The notes under the pieces: model-generated
Seen by the model: the letters and a program-made list of their open reading frames with translations, nothing else
What the model was told of the DNA's origin: nothing
The model's database searches: none
In this document: piece by piece, positions 62,512-64,000 of the stretch
Position numbering within the stretch: position 1 is the stretch's first letter
Layout of the letters: the number at the start of each line of letters is the position of its first letter
Program-made: the position numbers and the translations under genes
Assembly: GCA_050084985.1 (NCBI GenBank)
Contig: JBITNC010000002.1
Location: 8,060,001-8,124,000 of the forward strand
DNA length: 64,000 nt
Source: Nageia nagi
Lineage: Eukaryota; Plantae; Pinophyta
Direction: 5' to 3'

Positions 62512-62551
62512 AAGGCAATATTTTAGAAGACAAAGGTATGGCCTATACGAG

Positions 62552-62780
62552 GTAAACACCGGGTGAGTAAATACCGGGTGAGTGTGAACCGTGGCTAATA
62601 TGATAAGATGTGGCGTTGACCTACCACGGTCCAGTAAACCTCCGCAAGTCTGAATACCGTAAAACGCGTTTTCAGAATGCATACGTTCTGTTCTAGAGTT
62701 TCGTTCGCTTTACGGACTGTAAATATTAAAAGTCCACAATGACTACTGACTTGGTCTTTGTGCTAAGCCGCTATAAGAAA
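62552..62780 (+). promoter_or_regulatory. Putative proximal promoter of the S-domain receptor gene
   Basis: 15-bp tandem GTAAA(C/T)ACCGGGTGA at 62552-62581; W-box TTGACC at 62616-62621; ACGCGT (CGCG/CAMTA box) at 62664-62669; TATAAGAAAA at 62772, 59 bp before the ATG. Confidence 0.5.
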
Positions 62781-62830
62781 AGCTTTGGGCTTTCTTTTGG
62801 TACGTAGCGGAATCACATAGTTAAGCAGAA

Positions 62831-64000
62831 ATGAAGGCGGCCAGTTTTTTGGGATTGTTGGCTTTGGCGCTTCTTTTGCTTACAAATGCCTGCGATGGTG
62901 TGGACACCATTGCCGTGGGAGAAACTCTCAGCGGCAACAAAACCCTAACGTCTGTGAACGGCACCTTCAAATTGGGTTTCCTCAATCTCAACAACACGGG
63001 AAACTGGTACCTCGGCATCTGGTACGCTCAAATCCCCGTCAAGACAATCGCGTGGATCGCCAACAGAGAGATCCCGCTCAAGAACAATTCCGGCAACCTG
63101 AATCTCACAGGGGACGGAAGCCTGGTGCTGTCGTACGGGAATTCCGTCATTTGGTCCACTAACAGCTCTAGGACGGCGTCGTCCGCCGTCATAATGGATG
63201 ACGGGAATTTGATTGTGTATAGCGCGGCCAACAAGTCGGAAATTACGTGGCAGAGCTTCGACAATCCGGGGAACACATGGCTGCCCGGGATGAAGATAAG
63301 CGTGAGTGAGAAGCTGAGCCAGAAGCTGACAACCTGGAAGAGCCCCTGGGATCCTAGCCCTGGGCCGTACAACCTCCAGATGGATCCCGGCGGGTCTAAC
63401 GAATTCGTGCTGCTTCGGGGCTCGGAAAAGTACTGGGAATCCGGCGTGTGGAACGGCCAGATCTTCAGCGGCGTCCCCGAAATGACACAGAATTTCATCT
63501 ACGATTTCAGCTTCTTTGAGAACCCTAACAAAACCTACAAGTACTTCACGTATTCCGTCAAGGCGACGGCAAATAAGCTGTCACGTTTCGTTTTGTCTGA
63601 GAACGGCAACATCCAAGTGTACTCGATTTTAAACGGGATCAGCGATTGGAATTTGTTCTGGGTACAGCCGCGGGATCAGTGCGACGTTTCCGCCCTCTGC
63701 GGAGGCTACGCTTCCTGCCAAGCGGACAACGTCCAATTCTGCAACTGCTTGGAGGGGTTTACCCCCACAGACAATCTGACGTGGCAGGCGCAGGTCTGGT
63801 ACGGCGGGTGCGGCCGCAAGAACGCCCTAGACTGTACCACGGACGGCTTCATCCAGGTCACCGGGAAAAATACTCCTGCTAACGCCGTTGAGTCCACCAC
63901 GTCAAACTGCCGGGAGGACTGTCTCCGTGACTGTTCTTGTACAGCCTATGCCGACATCGGCGGCGGGAGGTGCCGGCAATGGTTCGGCGACCTGATCGAT
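62831..64000 (+). CDS. G-type (bulb) lectin S-domain receptor-like kinase/protein, 5' part (runs off the window)
   Basis: Uninterrupted 390 codons: signal peptide MKAASFLGLLALALLLLTNAC; B-lectin (FKLGF, WYLGIWY, WIANRE, DDGNL, WQSFDNPGNTWLPGMK); S-locus glycoprotein domain (WKSPWDPSPG, YWESGVWNG); EGF-like (QCDVSALCGGYASC..CNCLEGF); PAN (CREDCLRDCSCTAY..CRQWFGDL). The kinase domain is not in the window. Confidence 0.96.
   Translation, partial: MKAASFLGLLALALLLLTNACDGVDTIAVGETLSGNKTLTSVNGTFKLGFLNLNNTGNWYLGIWYAQIPVKTIAWIANREIPLKNNSGNLNLTGDGSLVLSYGNSVIWSTNSSRTASSAVIMDDGNLIVYSAANKSEITWQSFDNPGNTWLPGMKISVSEKLSQKLTTWKSPWDPSPGPYNLQMDPGGSNEFVLLRGSEKYWESGVWNGQIFSGVPEMTQNFIYDFSFFENPNKTYKYFTYSVKATANKLSRFVLSENGNIQVYSILNGISDWNLFWVQPRDQCDVSALCGGYASCQADNVQFCNCLEGFTPTDNLTWQAQVWYGGCGRKNALDCTTDGFIQVTGKNTPANAVESTTSNCREDCLRDCSCTAYADIGGGRCRQWFGDLID

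Noticed and set aside
62821-63900. ORFs 62821..63018 (-), 63028..63498 (-), 63646..63882 (+), 63706..63900 (-)
   Set aside because: Shadow frames of the GC-rich S-domain receptor CDS.

Overview
Plant nuclear DNA, AT-rich and dominated by nested LTR retrotransposons. The repeat families and giant introns suggest a gymnosperm, which is inference. Two host genes are visible. (1) The last five exons of a NhaD-type Na+/H+ antiporter (NHD1-like, + strand, 19570-31415). Its upstream intron is at least 19.5 kb and is filled with nested Gypsy elements and solo LTRs. (2) The 5' 390 codons of a G-type lectin S-domain receptor-like protein/kinase (62831 to the window end), absent from the ORF track because there is no stop in the window. 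The rest is a layered TE landscape: degenerate Gypsy and Copia elements, hAT transposase remnants, hAT- and Mutator-type MITEs, a small TRIM/LARD-like element, and several tandem arrays. Three observations stand out. (a) Two giant TSD-flanked solo-LTR-like units (5.3 kb and 4.7 kb) each carry a homologue of the same accessory ORF inside the LTR and end in an 18-nt palindrome. (b) In a non-autonomous Gag-protease family (2 clear copies plus 1 relative), RT/RNaseH/integrase are replaced by an in-frame 30-bp (decapeptide) tandem array. (c) A ~183-bp satellite-like array lies inside the 4.7-kb LTR. Everything was read by eye; coordinates of degenerate elements are approximate.
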